Assembly: GCF_006345805.1 (NCBI RefSeq)
Contig: NC_042997.1
Location: forward strand, 5,022,001 to 5,086,000
Direction: 5' to 3'
Source: Octopus sinensis
Lineage: Eukaryota
DNA: 64,000 nucleotides
Both the position numbers and the translations under genes were made by a program. Below the pieces are notes generated by a model, which saw only the letters and a list, made by a program, of their open reading frames with translations, was not told where the DNA came from and ran no database searches. Of this stretch, positions 39,921-53,367 are shown in pieces; positions within the stretch are counted from its first letter, which is position 1, and the number at the start of each line of letters is the position of its first letter.

Positions 39921-40148
39921 TCAAATTAGAGACAAAACCACTATTAGGCAAATCAAACAATGAAAGTCTTAATCCAATACATATGATTAATTTATATTAT
40001 TAAATATGTAACAAAATTATCAAAAAATATATAATTAATATCCCACTACGATCGTTTCCTGCCTGCTGTCTTCAAATTTTTGAGTCGCAGTCATTCATCA
40101 GGTGGTTTAAATATTTTTCTTGGCGAGGTTTAAACAATATTTATATAC
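39921..40148 (-). mobile_element. ~230-bp hammerhead-bearing mini-element (probable truncated PLE terminus) in (TA)n
   Basis: Unique sequence flanked on both sides by (TA)n; contains the hammerhead at 40043-40105. Confidence 0.6.
40043..40105 (-). ncRNA. type I hammerhead ribozyme candidate
   Basis: Minus strand: ccac CTGATGA atgactgc...gcag GAAAC GATC GTA gtgg. Stem I ccac/gtgg, palindromic stem III ACGATCGT, GUA triplet. Stem II (ctgc/gcag) is offset by 4 extra nt. Confidence 0.65.
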
Positions 40149-40222
<74 letters not shown>

Positions 40223-40252
40223 GCGTGTGGGTGTATGTATATATAAATATAT

Positions 40253-40303
<51 letters not shown>

Positions 40304-40743
40304 GGACAGGGAGAGAGTGATGATGAAAGACAGAGAGATGAATGCATGCATTTATATATATATCTTCGAATTCTACTTTGCACTTTGTTATAAATTTTAA
40401 ACAGATATATGGGTGTGTGTGTTTGTGTGAGTGTGTGTGTGTTTGTGTGAGTGTGTGTGTGTGCGCATGTGTGTGTATGTGTTATTTCGTTCTGATTATT
40501 TTTCCTTCTCACCTTTTCTCGTTTTTTTGTTTTCCTTTCAGTGTTAGTCCGTTATGCCATGCGGGTTGTGTCTGGTGAATGAGCCGAGATGTGAAACGTG
40601 ACATAAAACACTTTTTGGAATGTTAGCCCATGAAACGAATACTAGCACATGAAAACATGTATTCTGTTCAGTAAATAATATTCATCTGTCATTTGATGGA
40701 GTACTTTTCTGTTGATCGTCCCATCACGGAATAATATACAAAG

Positions 40744-41575
40744 TATAGTTTGTTGGCAAGAAAGTAATTTCGTTTTTTTTTTTTTTTGTGTGAAGTAAAA
40801 GTCAATTGCTTTCATACAAAGAATGAAATTTAATCAATTATATATTTTCCATTTTGTTGAAAGAACTTTTGTCATCTTTCTGGCAACTTCATGATTCCGC
40901 GTACATAGAACTTCTGATCATTATCATCAAAACCTGAAGCAAGTGCGATATCAAGTTATCATCATTATTGAAGGATATACCATTCAAATAATTTTGTAAA
41001 TATCGAAATAAATGGTGATCTGATAGTGCAACATCATGGCATTACAGTGGATGTGACATTGATTCCCAACCAAGCTCCAATAATTTGTCACCAGTTAACA
41101 AAGACGGACGTGGTCTACCATTGTCATGGTTGAACACGATTCGTTTACGATTTGTAAATTCTCGCATTTTTTGGTTGATTATTTTCTCCAGGTTCAGGAG
41201 TTGTTCACAGTAAAAGTCTGAATCGGTCATTTGGTTCCTTACAATACCTTTGCAATTCCACCAAATTGAGAGCATGACCTTGTTCGATACAATTCAGCTT
41301 CTATGTGGTTTGTGCTGGTTCATTACGCTTGGAACATGATCATTTTCGATTAATGCTAGTGTAGACAATCTATTTTTCCTCACCATTGACGATTCATTTC
41401 AAAAAAAGGTTCATGTCATAGCGCTTAAGATGCATATTGCAAATATTGATTCGTCGTGTTAAGTGAATCTCTTTCAAATTATGTAGAACCAAAATATTGA
41501 GCTTCTTAACGAGTCCAAGACATTTTAATTGATTTTCAATTGTTATGTGTGATACATTGAACCACTCTCCAATCT
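40744..41575 (-). mobile_element. decayed mariner element (3' two-thirds plus TIR remnant)
   Basis: MLSIWWNCKGIV, FNHDNGRP, LLELGWESMSHPL*CHDVALSDHHLFRYLQN, REIGEWFNVSHITIENQLKCLG. TIR-like tagtttgttggcaagaaagtaatttcgtttt at ~40746-40775. Confidence 0.8.
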
Positions 41576-41854
41576 CTCTTTTACTCATTCTCTTTACTCT
41601 TTTACTTGTTTCAGTCATTTGACGATGGCCATGCTGGAGCACTGCCTTTAATCAACTAAATCGATCACATGACTTAAACTATATAAGCCTAGTACTTATT
41701 CTATCGGTCTCTTTTACCGAATCGTTAATTTACGGGGACGTAAACCCGCCAACATCGGTCGTCAAGTGAAGTTGGGGGGACAAACACAGACACAATGATA
41801 TACACACACGTACACACACACACACACACATACACATATATATGTATATATATA

Positions 41855-41942
<88 letters not shown>

Positions 41943-42662
41943 CTTCATCACCTTGACCGACCAGTCCGTCAGGCGTCCATTTGACACCGCTGGTCACAGC
42001 ACGCTGTCCACTCCTCTCTGGATCGCGCATTTCTCATCCACGTGATCCCAATCGTCCTCCTGAAATCGTAACTCCACCGTTGTGGCGGTCTTCCGGTAGG
42101 TCTTTTCCGCTCACGCGGGTACCACTCGACAGCTGCGTGCGTCCACCGATTATCGGTGAGCCGGGAGACGTGTCCAGCCCATCTATACTTGCTGCATGTA
42201 AACTTTGCTATGACATCTCTCACGCCGGACTTCTTTCTGATGATCTTGCTACTTATGTGCTCTCTCAACGAGATACCAAGCATTGATATTTCCATGGCTC
42301 TTTGAGCCGTTACCAGTCTTTGCTCTTCTCTCTTTGTGGTAGCCTATGTTTCACTACCATATAACATTGCAGGCAGAACTGCACTGTTAATGATGTTGGC
42401 GCGGGTGGTCCTGTCCAACCTTCCCTTGAGCAAATCCCTTATGCCATTGAACGTCTTCCATCCGGCCCTTACTCTCCGTGAGATCTCCTTTTTGATATCC
42501 CGGCAGATATTTACTTCCTGTCCCAGGTAGACATATTCCCTCACCTCCTCTATTTCATCACTGCCGATCACCATTCGACTTGTTGGTACATTGTCTGACC
42601 GCATGAACTTTGTTTTCATGCGGCCGCATGAACCGCATATATATATATATATACATAGATAA

Positions 42663-42734
<72 letters not shown>

Positions 42735-42925
42735 CATATTTATATACATATATATATATAAACCACGGGCTTCTTTCAGTTTCCGTCTGCAAAATCCACT
42801 CACAAGACCTTGATCGGCCCGAGGCTATAGTAGAAGACACTTGCCGAAGGTGCCACGCAGTGGAACTGAACCCGGAAACATGTGGTTCGTAAGCAAGTTA
42901 CTTAACACACAGCCACACATACGCC
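41575..42925 (-). mobile_element. SINE family 1 inserted in the mariner relic; its internal microsatellite is split by an RTE fragment
   Basis: The 3' half (41575-~41800) and the 5' half (~42760-42925) are both reverse-complement homologues of 38676-39106. Confidence 0.85.
41938..42625 (-). mobile_element. 5'-truncated RTE-clade LINE (RT C-terminus and 3' tail)
   Basis: YVYLGQEV...EISRRVRAGWKTF...LPAMLYGSET (42344-42619) and KYRWAGHVSRLTDNRWT...WYPRERKRPTGRPPQRW (41969-42295); tail ggtgatgaaggtgat running into (TA)n. Confidence 0.9.
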
Positions 42926-43664
42926 CCTCTCTCGCACAGTTATATGACAATCAGATTCAATTATGGCTTTGATTTGGTCATCGTAAACTTCAGTAGGTCG
43001 AGGAGAATAGAATTTTTTTATGTATTTCTGTTAAGCAATTCACACCATAAATTTCACATATATTTTTATGTGCCTCGGCATCTTTCTAGCCTTAATTCAA
43101 ATTCAAAAGAAAAACAAAATATGGCGAAAATGTTCGTTTTTGCATTTCATGTTCACATTGACACTGAACTAACAACTGTAAACAAAATTACGCACCATTT
43201 GCTGCTAATCTGAGCTAAACAGAACGGTTGTCAAATGGAAAAAACTCATAACATTGACAAAATTCATTCGAAGCGTCGTAACTCTTTTTGCGAAAAAGGA
43301 TATTATTTCTTCACAACAGAGATTTTATATCTGACCGACAACCAAAGAGGCATTGGTGACCTTGTGTGTTTTCTGTTAGTCTCTCTATTTAGTATATGTT
43401 CGTACGTGTATTTACTACACGTTTCTTTCTTAATTATGCTTTTATGCAGTGTATCCCTGCTCATTCGCTGTTCGGCATTCGCGGTCAGGGTTAATCGCGA
43501 TCTCAATTATTCATAGGAACCACTGCCTATTCGCGGAATCGTAAATCTCGTCCACAATGTTTTTATGGCTTCTTTCATGGCAATATATATTTTATCGCAC
43601 TTTTTAAGCTAAATTATTAACAAAAATATACCGTTTTTGCCCACTAACTGGACGTCACTTCCCA

Positions 43665-44050
<386 letters not shown>

Positions 44051-44074
44051 AGGCGTATAGATAGACAGACATGG

Positions 44075-44340
44075 ACAGGGAGACCTCTCCTATTATCTGC
44101 CTTTCTTTCAAACACTTTTTTCCAATCATCGGCATGTTGGGCCACTTACCTCTACAAGTTTGTTTCATTCACTCTGTATTTACTCATATTCTTTTCTGTT
44201 CAAGAGCGTAGGCCCGAAACGTAAAACCTTTTTTTCATTTTTTTCCCGTGCGTCAAGCTAATACTATTGCTTGTTCTTTATACACCTGTCTTTGTCTTCT
44301 GCATTTCTATTATCTATAAATTAATTATTATAAATTTCAA
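44075..44340 (+). repeat. family C repeat (PLE-terminus-like)
   Basis: ctctcctat..., caagagcgtaggcccgaaacgtaaaa and tacacctgtctttgtcttc are homologous to 23410-23610. Confidence 0.6.
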
Positions 44341-44949
44341 CTCTCTCTTTCTCTCTCTCTCTCTCTCCCTCTCTCTCTCTCTCTTAATCTCCCGCTTCAC
44401 CACTCATTTTTTTATTACAGCTCTGGCGAATATCAAACTTGTATATTAGTTGAACCAGCAAACTTTTATGCCAATAAACTATTATAGTTCGTGAAACTTG
44501 TTTCTTATACAGGATATGGAATGCTTGAATCGTACTCATTTCTTGTGCGTAGATGCTTGTATTTTACAATTATATATATTTATATATACTAGCGAGACCC
44601 ATGAATATTTCACAGAATTAATGGTATAGTTATTGGGCTATTTTGGAAATTTATCCATAATACCCGAAGACGTAGCTGCCGAACCAAAAGATAGTCACTC
44701 ATTTACTAATCATTGGAATGTGAGAGAAATTGGAGTACGATGATTATTTAATGTATGTATGCAATTTATATACTTTATTCACGATTTAATTGACTTAATA
44801 CATAGCACCTTCCCTGTTTTTCTTTCACTCTTCGCCTCACCCTCTTTTCTCTCTCCTTTTTATTTTTCGCGTTTCATCATTCCCTTGAACTGATCACGTG
44901 AAAGTGTTACTGACAGACTAAGTACTGAAGGAAATAAAAACTTAGTTTT

Positions 44950-45520
44950 AAAATACACATTTCACTCACTACTACCATTCCATCCTGTATATTTCCACTC
45001 CCTTCCCAACTCGCCCTATCCCTTTCCACCCTTCGACTTCAGCTAATCACATGGAAGCATTCCAGACCGGATAAAAATTCTCAAAGTTTAGTTCAACTGT
45101 TTTACTATGAAATGGTGAGATTGTATTTGGTTTTTTTAAAAAGCGAGAATTGGGTTTCACGACATTTTTGCGTTATAGCAAATGTGTATGTGTGTGTGTG
45201 TGTGCATGTGCGTGCGTGTGTATGTGTGTGCGCGTGTGTGCGTGTGTGTATGTGTGTGTGTGTGTGTGTAGTGTTAGATGTGGGGTACAGAAATTGAATA
45301 TTGAGAAAAGTCGTTAGAATTTTGGAAAAACAATTTTTAATTCTTTCATTATTAGCACTTTCCTTCACTTCTCGAACGAATATTTATCCAGTCTGTAACG
45401 CTTCCACGTGATTAGCTGAAGTGGGAAGAGTGGAGAGGGATAGGATGAGTTGGGAAGTGAGGAGGAGATAGAGGGAAGGGACGGGATGGAGAGGTAGTGG
45501 TGAGTGGAATGTGTATTTTT
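44950..45520. mobile_element. MITE-like element with ~130-140-bp imperfect inverted repeats around a (TG)n core
   Basis: 44950-45080 versus the reverse complement of 45378-45520: shared aaaatacacatt.cactcac.actacc, cttcccaactc, cttcagctaatcac.tggaagc.tt.cagac.ggataaa. Confidence 0.55.
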
Positions 45521-45559
45521 TCAATTAATTCATTTTCCTCCTCTTCATTGTAAGAGGAA

Positions 45560-45975
45560 TACTGAGATAAGTGGAAGAAGTTGTATATCACTCCCCCTCA
45601 TGCATCTTACTCCCTCAACATCTCTTCCATCACTTTTCATTGATTTAATAAACCTAAACACTCTATCTGGATTCTCATCCAGCACACTCAGCCTCTCCTC
45701 AGCCTCCTTCCTCATAGATCTCGCGACCACCATATTTGCACGATTCTTAATGTTACTATACCTGGCTTTCATTTGCTCAGCCCTACTATTACATAAAGAT
45801 TTGTGCGCTTTCTTATTCCTCGCTATCGCATCCCTCACCTCCTTGTTCCACCACCGCATATTTCATCGATCTATTCTACCCTTCGTCCTTCCACACATTT
45901 CACCACATGCTTTTGGTACCCCTTCTTTAACAGACTTTCACAAATCCGGTGCATCAATGCTTACCAACTCTCCAA
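45560..45975 (-). pseudogene. LINE (RTE-like) APE-RT linker fragment
   Basis: LWKSVKEGVPKACGEMCG...RWWNKEVRDAIARNKKA...VFRFIKSMKSDGRDVEGVRCMRG. Confidence 0.65.
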
Positions 45976-46964
45976 CTAAGGAAAGATGACAATGCTAACT
46001 GTGAAAAGTTTATAATTTAATTGATATTTCCAGTTTTCCTAGAAATATACAAATGTAGGTGAAAATATTGGAAAATAAACTTCAAAACCCACTGCAATAA
46101 AAAGCAGGCACTTTGTCGTTCCAATTAACTTAATCAACTTTACTTAATTATCTTTATACCAATAGATATGTATATACTTCTACATATCTAGATGATATTT
46201 TTCACCAATGAATATATGCGTAATTGCAATTAATCAAATTTGAAGCTATATTACATATTTAAACAGTATTTATGCAGACTTATTATGAGTTCCTGAGACA
46301 ATATCTATCAGAAATATTAACAATCTTAATCTGTCCCCTAGATTTCATTGACGTATAGTTTGAGACAGGAATTATTGAGGTTATTAAAATCAACGAAAAT
46401 CACCGTTGAAATGCCCACATTTCTTTAAAAAACAACCATTTGAGACTATATCGTCTTTATTTTACAAACCATTTATTAGATTTCACTGGAATACCTTTTC
46501 CTTTCATTTAATGACTGTTCTTTCAAGCGATCATTCGCTTTCTGCTTAAATATATCACATTAATAATGTATCAACCGATTATGACATACATATCATGTAT
46601 GTATATATGAATTACCATTTCAAGTGTATGAAATATTAATAGTGATTTTCTCCAATTGCTATCTAAATAAATTTCCCTATATTTGAACATCATATCTGTC
46701 TTTAGTACTAAATTTTCTCTGCAGCTTTATAAATAAAGATAATGAGCTCCACATTTTGACATACTTTGTACATCCTCACTGTGGCCAAAACAAGGATCAA
46801 AATGTCCATACGCATGTCTAAACGAATTCCTATTTCACCTCATTACTCTATGGAGCATTATTCATCTACGTTGATGTCAGATGAAGAGGATTTCTTTCAG
46901 TTCCTGCCTATCTTGTGAGTGTATTTGGCTGACTTAAACTAAAAGAAGCTCCTCTAGTGTATAT

Positions 46965-47045
<81 letters not shown>

Positions 47046-47119
47046 ATGTATATATATATTGTGTATGTGCGTTTGTATGTGTGTGCATGTATGTATGTAT
47101 TATGTATATTTCTATGTGT

Positions 47120-47340
47120 GTGTCTTCGTGTCTGAGTTGGTCCCCCACTACTTCTTGAGAACTAGTGTTGGTGTGTTTTGTGTCCCTGTAAATTAGCGGT
47201 TTGGCAAAAGCGATCGATAGAATAACTACCAAGTTTTAAAAAATAGGTACCTTGCTTGATACATTTGACTATATACCCTTCAATACAGTGCCTCATCATG
47301 GCTGCAATCTAATGACTGAATCAAGAGAAAGATAAAATAT
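47120..47340 (+). mobile_element. diverged 3' half of SINE family 1
   Basis: ttagcggtttggcaaaag...gatagaataa...catggctgca...aatgactgaa matches 38950-39090. Confidence 0.7.
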
Positions 47341-47875
47341 ACGCGTGTGGCTGTGTGTATGTGTGTGTATGTGTGATTGCGTGTGCGCGCGTGAGTGTGT
47401 TCGCCAGCTGATTGTTATTCAAGACTCAAAATCTGCTCTTACATTCGATTCCGACTCTTTATACTTATTTGGGAGCAGATATTTTTGCTGCCATATCAGA
47501 TTGAATGGCACAAAACAGTCTATACTATGCATATTCCAGAAATTTCACTCTGTGAAGAAAACACGACCTTTGTCGTTAAATCTTTAATGACACAACGAAT
47601 TTGTCAATTCGGTGTCAATCACTTTCTGATCCCTAATATTTAACAGCAATTCTAGTCAGAGTGACCTTTGTTAGAATTTCCAGCATGGACACCTGTATCC
47701 AGAACACATGATCGGCAGGACTTTGAATTCTTCAGATTATGCACCGTGCAAAAAGTGATAAATGTGTTCTGATAAAAACTCGTGCAAGTTCCCTACCAAC
47801 TAAACAACGGATAGAAAAATAACACAATTTTAAATAGTTTATGCAAACTGATATATGTATGTGTTTGTGTGTGTA

Positions 47876-47918
<43 letters not shown>

Positions 47919-49094
47919 TGTGTGTGTGTGTGTGTGTTATCACTGTTTGTGTATCAAGTGCTCTCTTTTAAACATAATCATTGTATAGGCCATTCCTTGT
48001 ATGATACGCATACCAAGAAAGTAATATTTTCAAGAAGGGATGCTTATAATGGAATTAGAACCGAGATTTATTGACGCAGTGAATTTGACACGCTCCTGTA
48101 AATAAATATTTTAATCGCGCACAATCTTACTTGCTTATTTTCATAGTTCATCGTTTATTCTGGGGAAACGGAAGTGAAGAAAGAAAGAGTAGCGGCGATG
48201 AATCATTTTTTATATGTAATTTATTTGTTTTTTCTTCTTCATTGTAGTTTTAGTTCTTTCTTTGAAGCAATCAGTTGAATAGAATCTATTCTCCTGTAAT
48301 GATAAGAATGAAAGTAGATTTTAAAGAAACTAGAAGTATGCTAAGATGGTGACTGAAATTCGAATATAGGTCTGCTTTGAAACACTGTTACTCAAATAAA
48401 ATAATAAGATAATAGAAATATAATAAAACAAAATTAAATAAATTCTAATAGGGTGGTAACAAGTGGAACAAATGTTCAATGCTTTGCCAAAGTGACTAAA
48501 AGACAATTGCCAAAGTTATGTTAAGCAAACGCAGCAGCAAACGTGAATATCGGCAGAAAAGGTTTACTCAATGGTAGGAGTTTAAGAAAAGAAAAGAGAA
48601 AATCTTAATACAAGATTGGGAGAATCAAATAGCGTTCTGAAAAACAGTAATAAAAGGAAACAAAAGGGAGGGGGAGTTTTAAGAAAAGAAATAAAGAATG
48701 AAACCAGAAAACATCTTAACAATGAACAAACTAAATCTGGTAATCAAACATAGAACGATGAAAGCAGTGATGAAACTAAAGAAAGAATAATATGGAAAAA
48801 GCAAGACACGTATTCAGTATTATATCAATAGGATAAACTGAAGAGTGAAATCGTGAGAATAATACATTCTTAGAAAAGTACGTAAAGAAAAAGAGAATAA
48901 TAAATAGGGAGCCAGAAAAGAAAATAGATTAAGAAGATAAGAAAATTTGAATGTAAGAAATGATTGATAAAATATTAAGACAAAGCTATTGAGTTAATGG
49001 TGGATGGTACTAAAGTTAGCGAGAGAACGAAATCTGGGAGTGAAGGTTATTTGATAAAAATTGAATAGCAAATAATGATTTCATATTTTGGCTC

Positions 49095-49490
49095 AATACT
49101 ATTTCGAGGGACGGGGTAAGTCGATTACATCGACCTCAATGCTCGACTCATACTTATTTTATCGACCCTGGAAGGATCAAAGTTAAAGTCAACCGCGAAG
49201 AAATTTGAACTGAAAATGTAAAGACGGACAAAAAGTATCTAAACAATTTGTCCGGCATTCTATCGATTCTGCTAACTCATCGCCTTTGATTTTAAGTTCA
49301 AGTACATCAATTTCGTGGAAGAGTTAAATCGATTACATTGATACCCAGATTTCAATTCTTTCTTGTTTTCTCGACCCCGAAAAATGCAAAGTCAAACTCG
49401 GCGGAAGTAGAGCTCAGAGCGTTAAAAGAGGAATTTCAGTCAAACATTTTGTCTGACGTGAAAACGAGTCAGCCAGCTCACCTCTTAAGA
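49095..49490 (-). mobile_element. two tandem diverged copies of SINE family 2
   Basis: gtcgattacatcgacc...tcgaccc..gaa...aaagtc...gaactg/gagctc appears at ~49095-49290 and again at ~49315-49490. Confidence 0.65.
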
Positions 49491-50870
49491 AGTGAATGAG
49501 TTCATATAATAAGAGTTTTGATATGAAGTAAGGTAATTGTGGTGTGGGAATCTTTGGTGAATGTTAGATAATATTGTTAAACACCAAAATTAATGCTAAA
49601 TTATTTAAGGTATGAGAAAAAAGTTACGAGAAATAAATGATCAAAACAAAAGTAAGGTATCATGAGTTAATAACTGGTAGTGTCTGATACTTATGGTACG
49701 TACAGAAGAATGTAGTATAATTTTTATTAGATTTATTCTGATAACATCAAAGAAGCAGAGACTTCGCCTTGCTTAGTAAGAAAAGTTATCAATTTATAAA
49801 TATCAATATGTAAATATTCAAAAGAGTAAATGGTTGAAAGATTAAAAGGGCATTGTTTTGAAATGGAAAATATTCACTTGTGGCTTGAAGAAGTATGATC
49901 AAAATAGTTCTAACTTTAAGTAACATACAGTGTGCATGTGAGTGTGAGTGTGTGTGAGTGTATGTGTGTGCGTGTGAACATTCATTTATTCGTGTAATAT
50001 AATATGTAGCTGCGTATGTGTGTGCTCCATGATCGACACCTGCGATGTGTGACTAGTCCTTTATAAAAGTTAATGAAACTGGATAAATTTTTTTATTCAT
50101 GTTCCAGAACTTTATGATGCACAGTTTCTTGTGTTTCTTTCTCTGTCTATCAAAGTGTTTTCTAACATAAAAAAAAACATGCCGTTCCAGTTACTGGGGA
50201 TTCTACCGAAAATATTCGTGTCCCGAATCAGTGTATACACTAAAAAATCGACCTTTGAAATGATTTCCGTTAGACTAGGAACATTCTATTCAAAGCTACA
50301 ATAAATTGTAATAGTCACTCAGTATGTTCCTACTTCTATGTAACATGTTATTCTCCGCCTGGCGGTCAAAAACATATATATATATATATTGTGTTACAAT
50401 TTCATACTATCCCAAATCTTCATTGCCTTTATTTGGAGAAAATATATTTTCTAAATAACTTAGCTGTTAGGGAGGCTGATACTCTATGTGCGTGTTTTGG
50501 GGTTTTATTGCCATAGTCCCTTCCGTTATTAGCTATTTCTTCCCTTTCATCCAGATTCGAATTATCAATATTTCCATTGATAGGATCATTATTCTTGCTT
50601 GATATGTTATTTTCACTGATTTGTAACTCCATGAATCTGTTACCGATTTAGAATTTTATGTTTTATTTTTTATTGGGAATACAGAAAGTAAAGAGATATG
50701 ATGGTTTATATATATATTTATACACTGGAGGCTTGCACATGTTCGCTCAGATATACATTTGGATAGGTTCAAGATTGAGATAAAATGTTTCCCTATCGCC
50801 TTTTTGTAAGAGAAGTAAGCCTCGAATAAGTGACTGTATGTAGCCCATCTCTATTTCATCCCCCCCTTTA

Positions 50871-50920
<50 letters not shown>

Positions 50921-51106
50921 TAGAAAGGGAGAGAGATACATATATATATGAATATGTATATATATATACATACACAAACACACATATATTCACATACATG
51001 TATACACATATATGTATGTGTGCGTATGTGTATGTACTCACACAAGCACGCACATACACAGACACACACCCATGCACACGCACACATATTCACACACACA
51101 CACACA

Positions 51107-51159
<53 letters not shown>

Positions 51160-51162
<3 letters not shown>

Positions 51163-51945
51163 GAAAATACAAACTGGGACAAGAACGTAAAACATTTAGA
51201 AGACGATACAAAAAACACGGACGGGACATTCGAAGCCTTCAATCTTCAGTCAAGAACCGGACCATCCTCGCAATTTCGGCTGATTAATCTTGAGATCGCT
51301 CCGATCTGGCCAGCCCCAAGGAAAAACTAAGCTACGAGCATTAGATTTCTTGGAAAATGGATCGAATGTATCCGAAACAAGGACAGAAAAACGGACGATG
51401 CCACACGAATATAAATACAAAAAACAATAATAGTAATAACAGGACAAAAACAGCGGGTGTCCTACGATTATAGACAGTACAACTTTTTTTAGCTGGCGTA
51501 TTTGGAAAAAAAATGCCTTTTTCGGCAGACAACGATGTTCTCTTGGCGCTGGTTAGAAGCCGAAAGGCTGGTTGACCAGTGGTCACGTGAGAGGAGAAGA
51601 GAGAGAAAAAAAAGGGGGCAAAGGAATCAAAGAGAGAGAGAAAAAGAGGGACGAATGCACAAAAGGGGGGAGAAGAGAGAGAAAGAAGCAATTAAAGAGG
51701 GGAGAAGAAAGAGAGCGTGCCAAGGATTGGCTTGGCGACATAATCAGTGAGATGCAAAGTGAGAAAGACAGAGAAATGTGAGAGAGTGGGGGAGGAGCAG
51801 ACCAAAGAATCAGAGGCAAGAAAAGAGAAAAGGAAGAGGAGAAGTAGAGAGAGAGAAAGAATGAGACAGAACAAAGTAGAGTGCAAAGTGTGAAAGGCAG
51901 AGAAATGTAGAAGAGAGAGACAGTGTTATAGAGTCGTACCAAATT
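51160..51945 (-). mobile_element. family B non-coding element
   Basis: Reverse complement: CT-rich tract - cacgtgaccac - T-rich tract - aatgctcgtagcttag - cttgactgaagattgaaggcttcgaatg - gtcccagt - (TA)n. Confidence 0.6.
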
Positions 51946-52049
51946 TAAAGGAATATGTACTTATATACAAGGCCAAAGAGGGTACGGGCGCCGCTATATA
52001 TATATATATATATATAATAATAAATTAGATCTTTGTTTACCTGTATACA

Positions 52050-53100
52050 GAAAGCAATCTGCAGTTTTAAATATTTTAAGAAAATTAAACCTCTATAGTA
52101 GCTCCGAAACTAAGGTCAATCTAATTTATTCCCTGTGTCGATGACTCAATAGTTTATCGATCTATTGTTTCCGAGTCCTTTTCTCGTTTCCTTTTACCAT
52201 TACTTTCTAAACGCGCAGTATGCTTTATTGAAAGAACTAACCATACTGTCAGTGGAACACCAGGGATTATGTAGTAGCGATAGCAAAGACATCTAACCTA
52301 GAAGTAGCAGCCTGAACTCCCTCGCCAGTACTTTATTTCCCAATTCTCCTAATTAAGCAATCCTTACACGAAGATACAGTCATTTGTGCTGCGCTGTTTA
52401 AATATGAGATAGAACAAGCTATCCAAATCTCTTACCTACGACTGCTGTCTGTAGTTGCTTTACCTGATTCGAACAGAGGTGATGATACTCTAAGGTATCC
52501 GATCTGCTATTTCCACTTACTCCGTACTAAATTTAGTTCATCATATAATTCCATCCTTCTTTATATTCTTTCATAATAAGTAGTATTCTACTATAATAAC
52601 ACTACAAATGTTCGATCTTATCATTCAATAAATCTTCGATCATACTATTAGAACGCCCTTGTACCCTAGCCCAAATTTCAAATAATATCCACTGAAAACC
52701 CCTAATTTCTATGAATCTCTACCCCCTTTCCTTTATCCTTTAGCCTTAGCTAGCGAATGCTGATCCCCGACCCTATGCCTAATTGGCTTGAATCATTTTA
52801 TTTTTCTTTATCCATATTTTTGCTTTCTTTATACTTAATTTTTATATCCTTAATTTATATTAGGACCTCTCCTTTCTTCCCATAGCTCTAAGCCTACTAT
52901 AACAAAATATCACCTACACTCCAATCCAGCCTACCTAAGAACCAGCCTAGGATATTCCTCTCTTGCCCGGGTCGCTGAACTTAGACACATTGCAAACATT
53001 CATGAACTATATTGCTAGCCCCAACGGCCAACTTTGTTGGTCATTCTCTCATTTCATAGTTAGCCTCCACAGGTTGCAGCCGCATCCATGTAGTACCCCT
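52050..53100 (-). pseudogene. possible decayed L1/Tx1-like RT relic
   Basis: Faint echoes only (SISYLNS resembling PISLLN; NKVLAREFR resembling YKILAK..ANR). Confidence 0.25.
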
Positions 53101-53367
53101 GGGATATACTTTCGTTTGCTAACTTACGTATTCTCTGATGATTACAGATTATTTTTGTAATGAAGTAATGTTCTCATTCTTTTATTAAAGAGATACGTAA
53201 GAAACAGATGTAATGAATTGATAATTATCCATCGTATGTTATTATCAGATTGATTTTAAAGACACACACACGTACACAGACACACAGACACACCCACATA
53301 CAGACATTCACGCACAAACATACACACATATATACATACATGCATATACATACCAGTAGAAGAAGGT

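Noticed and set aside
48150-49050. Purine-rich stretch as a LINE APE relic
   Set aside because: Only vague motif echoes; could not be assembled into a credible domain.
50429-50632. Asn-rich 67-aa ORF as a relative of the GIY-YIG ORF N-terminus
   Set aside because: Only compositional similarity; no shared sequence or domain motif.
53132-53170. CTGATGA-ttaca...tgtaa-tGAAG hammerhead-like run
   Set aside because: GAAG instead of GAAA, and no stem I, stem III or NUH.
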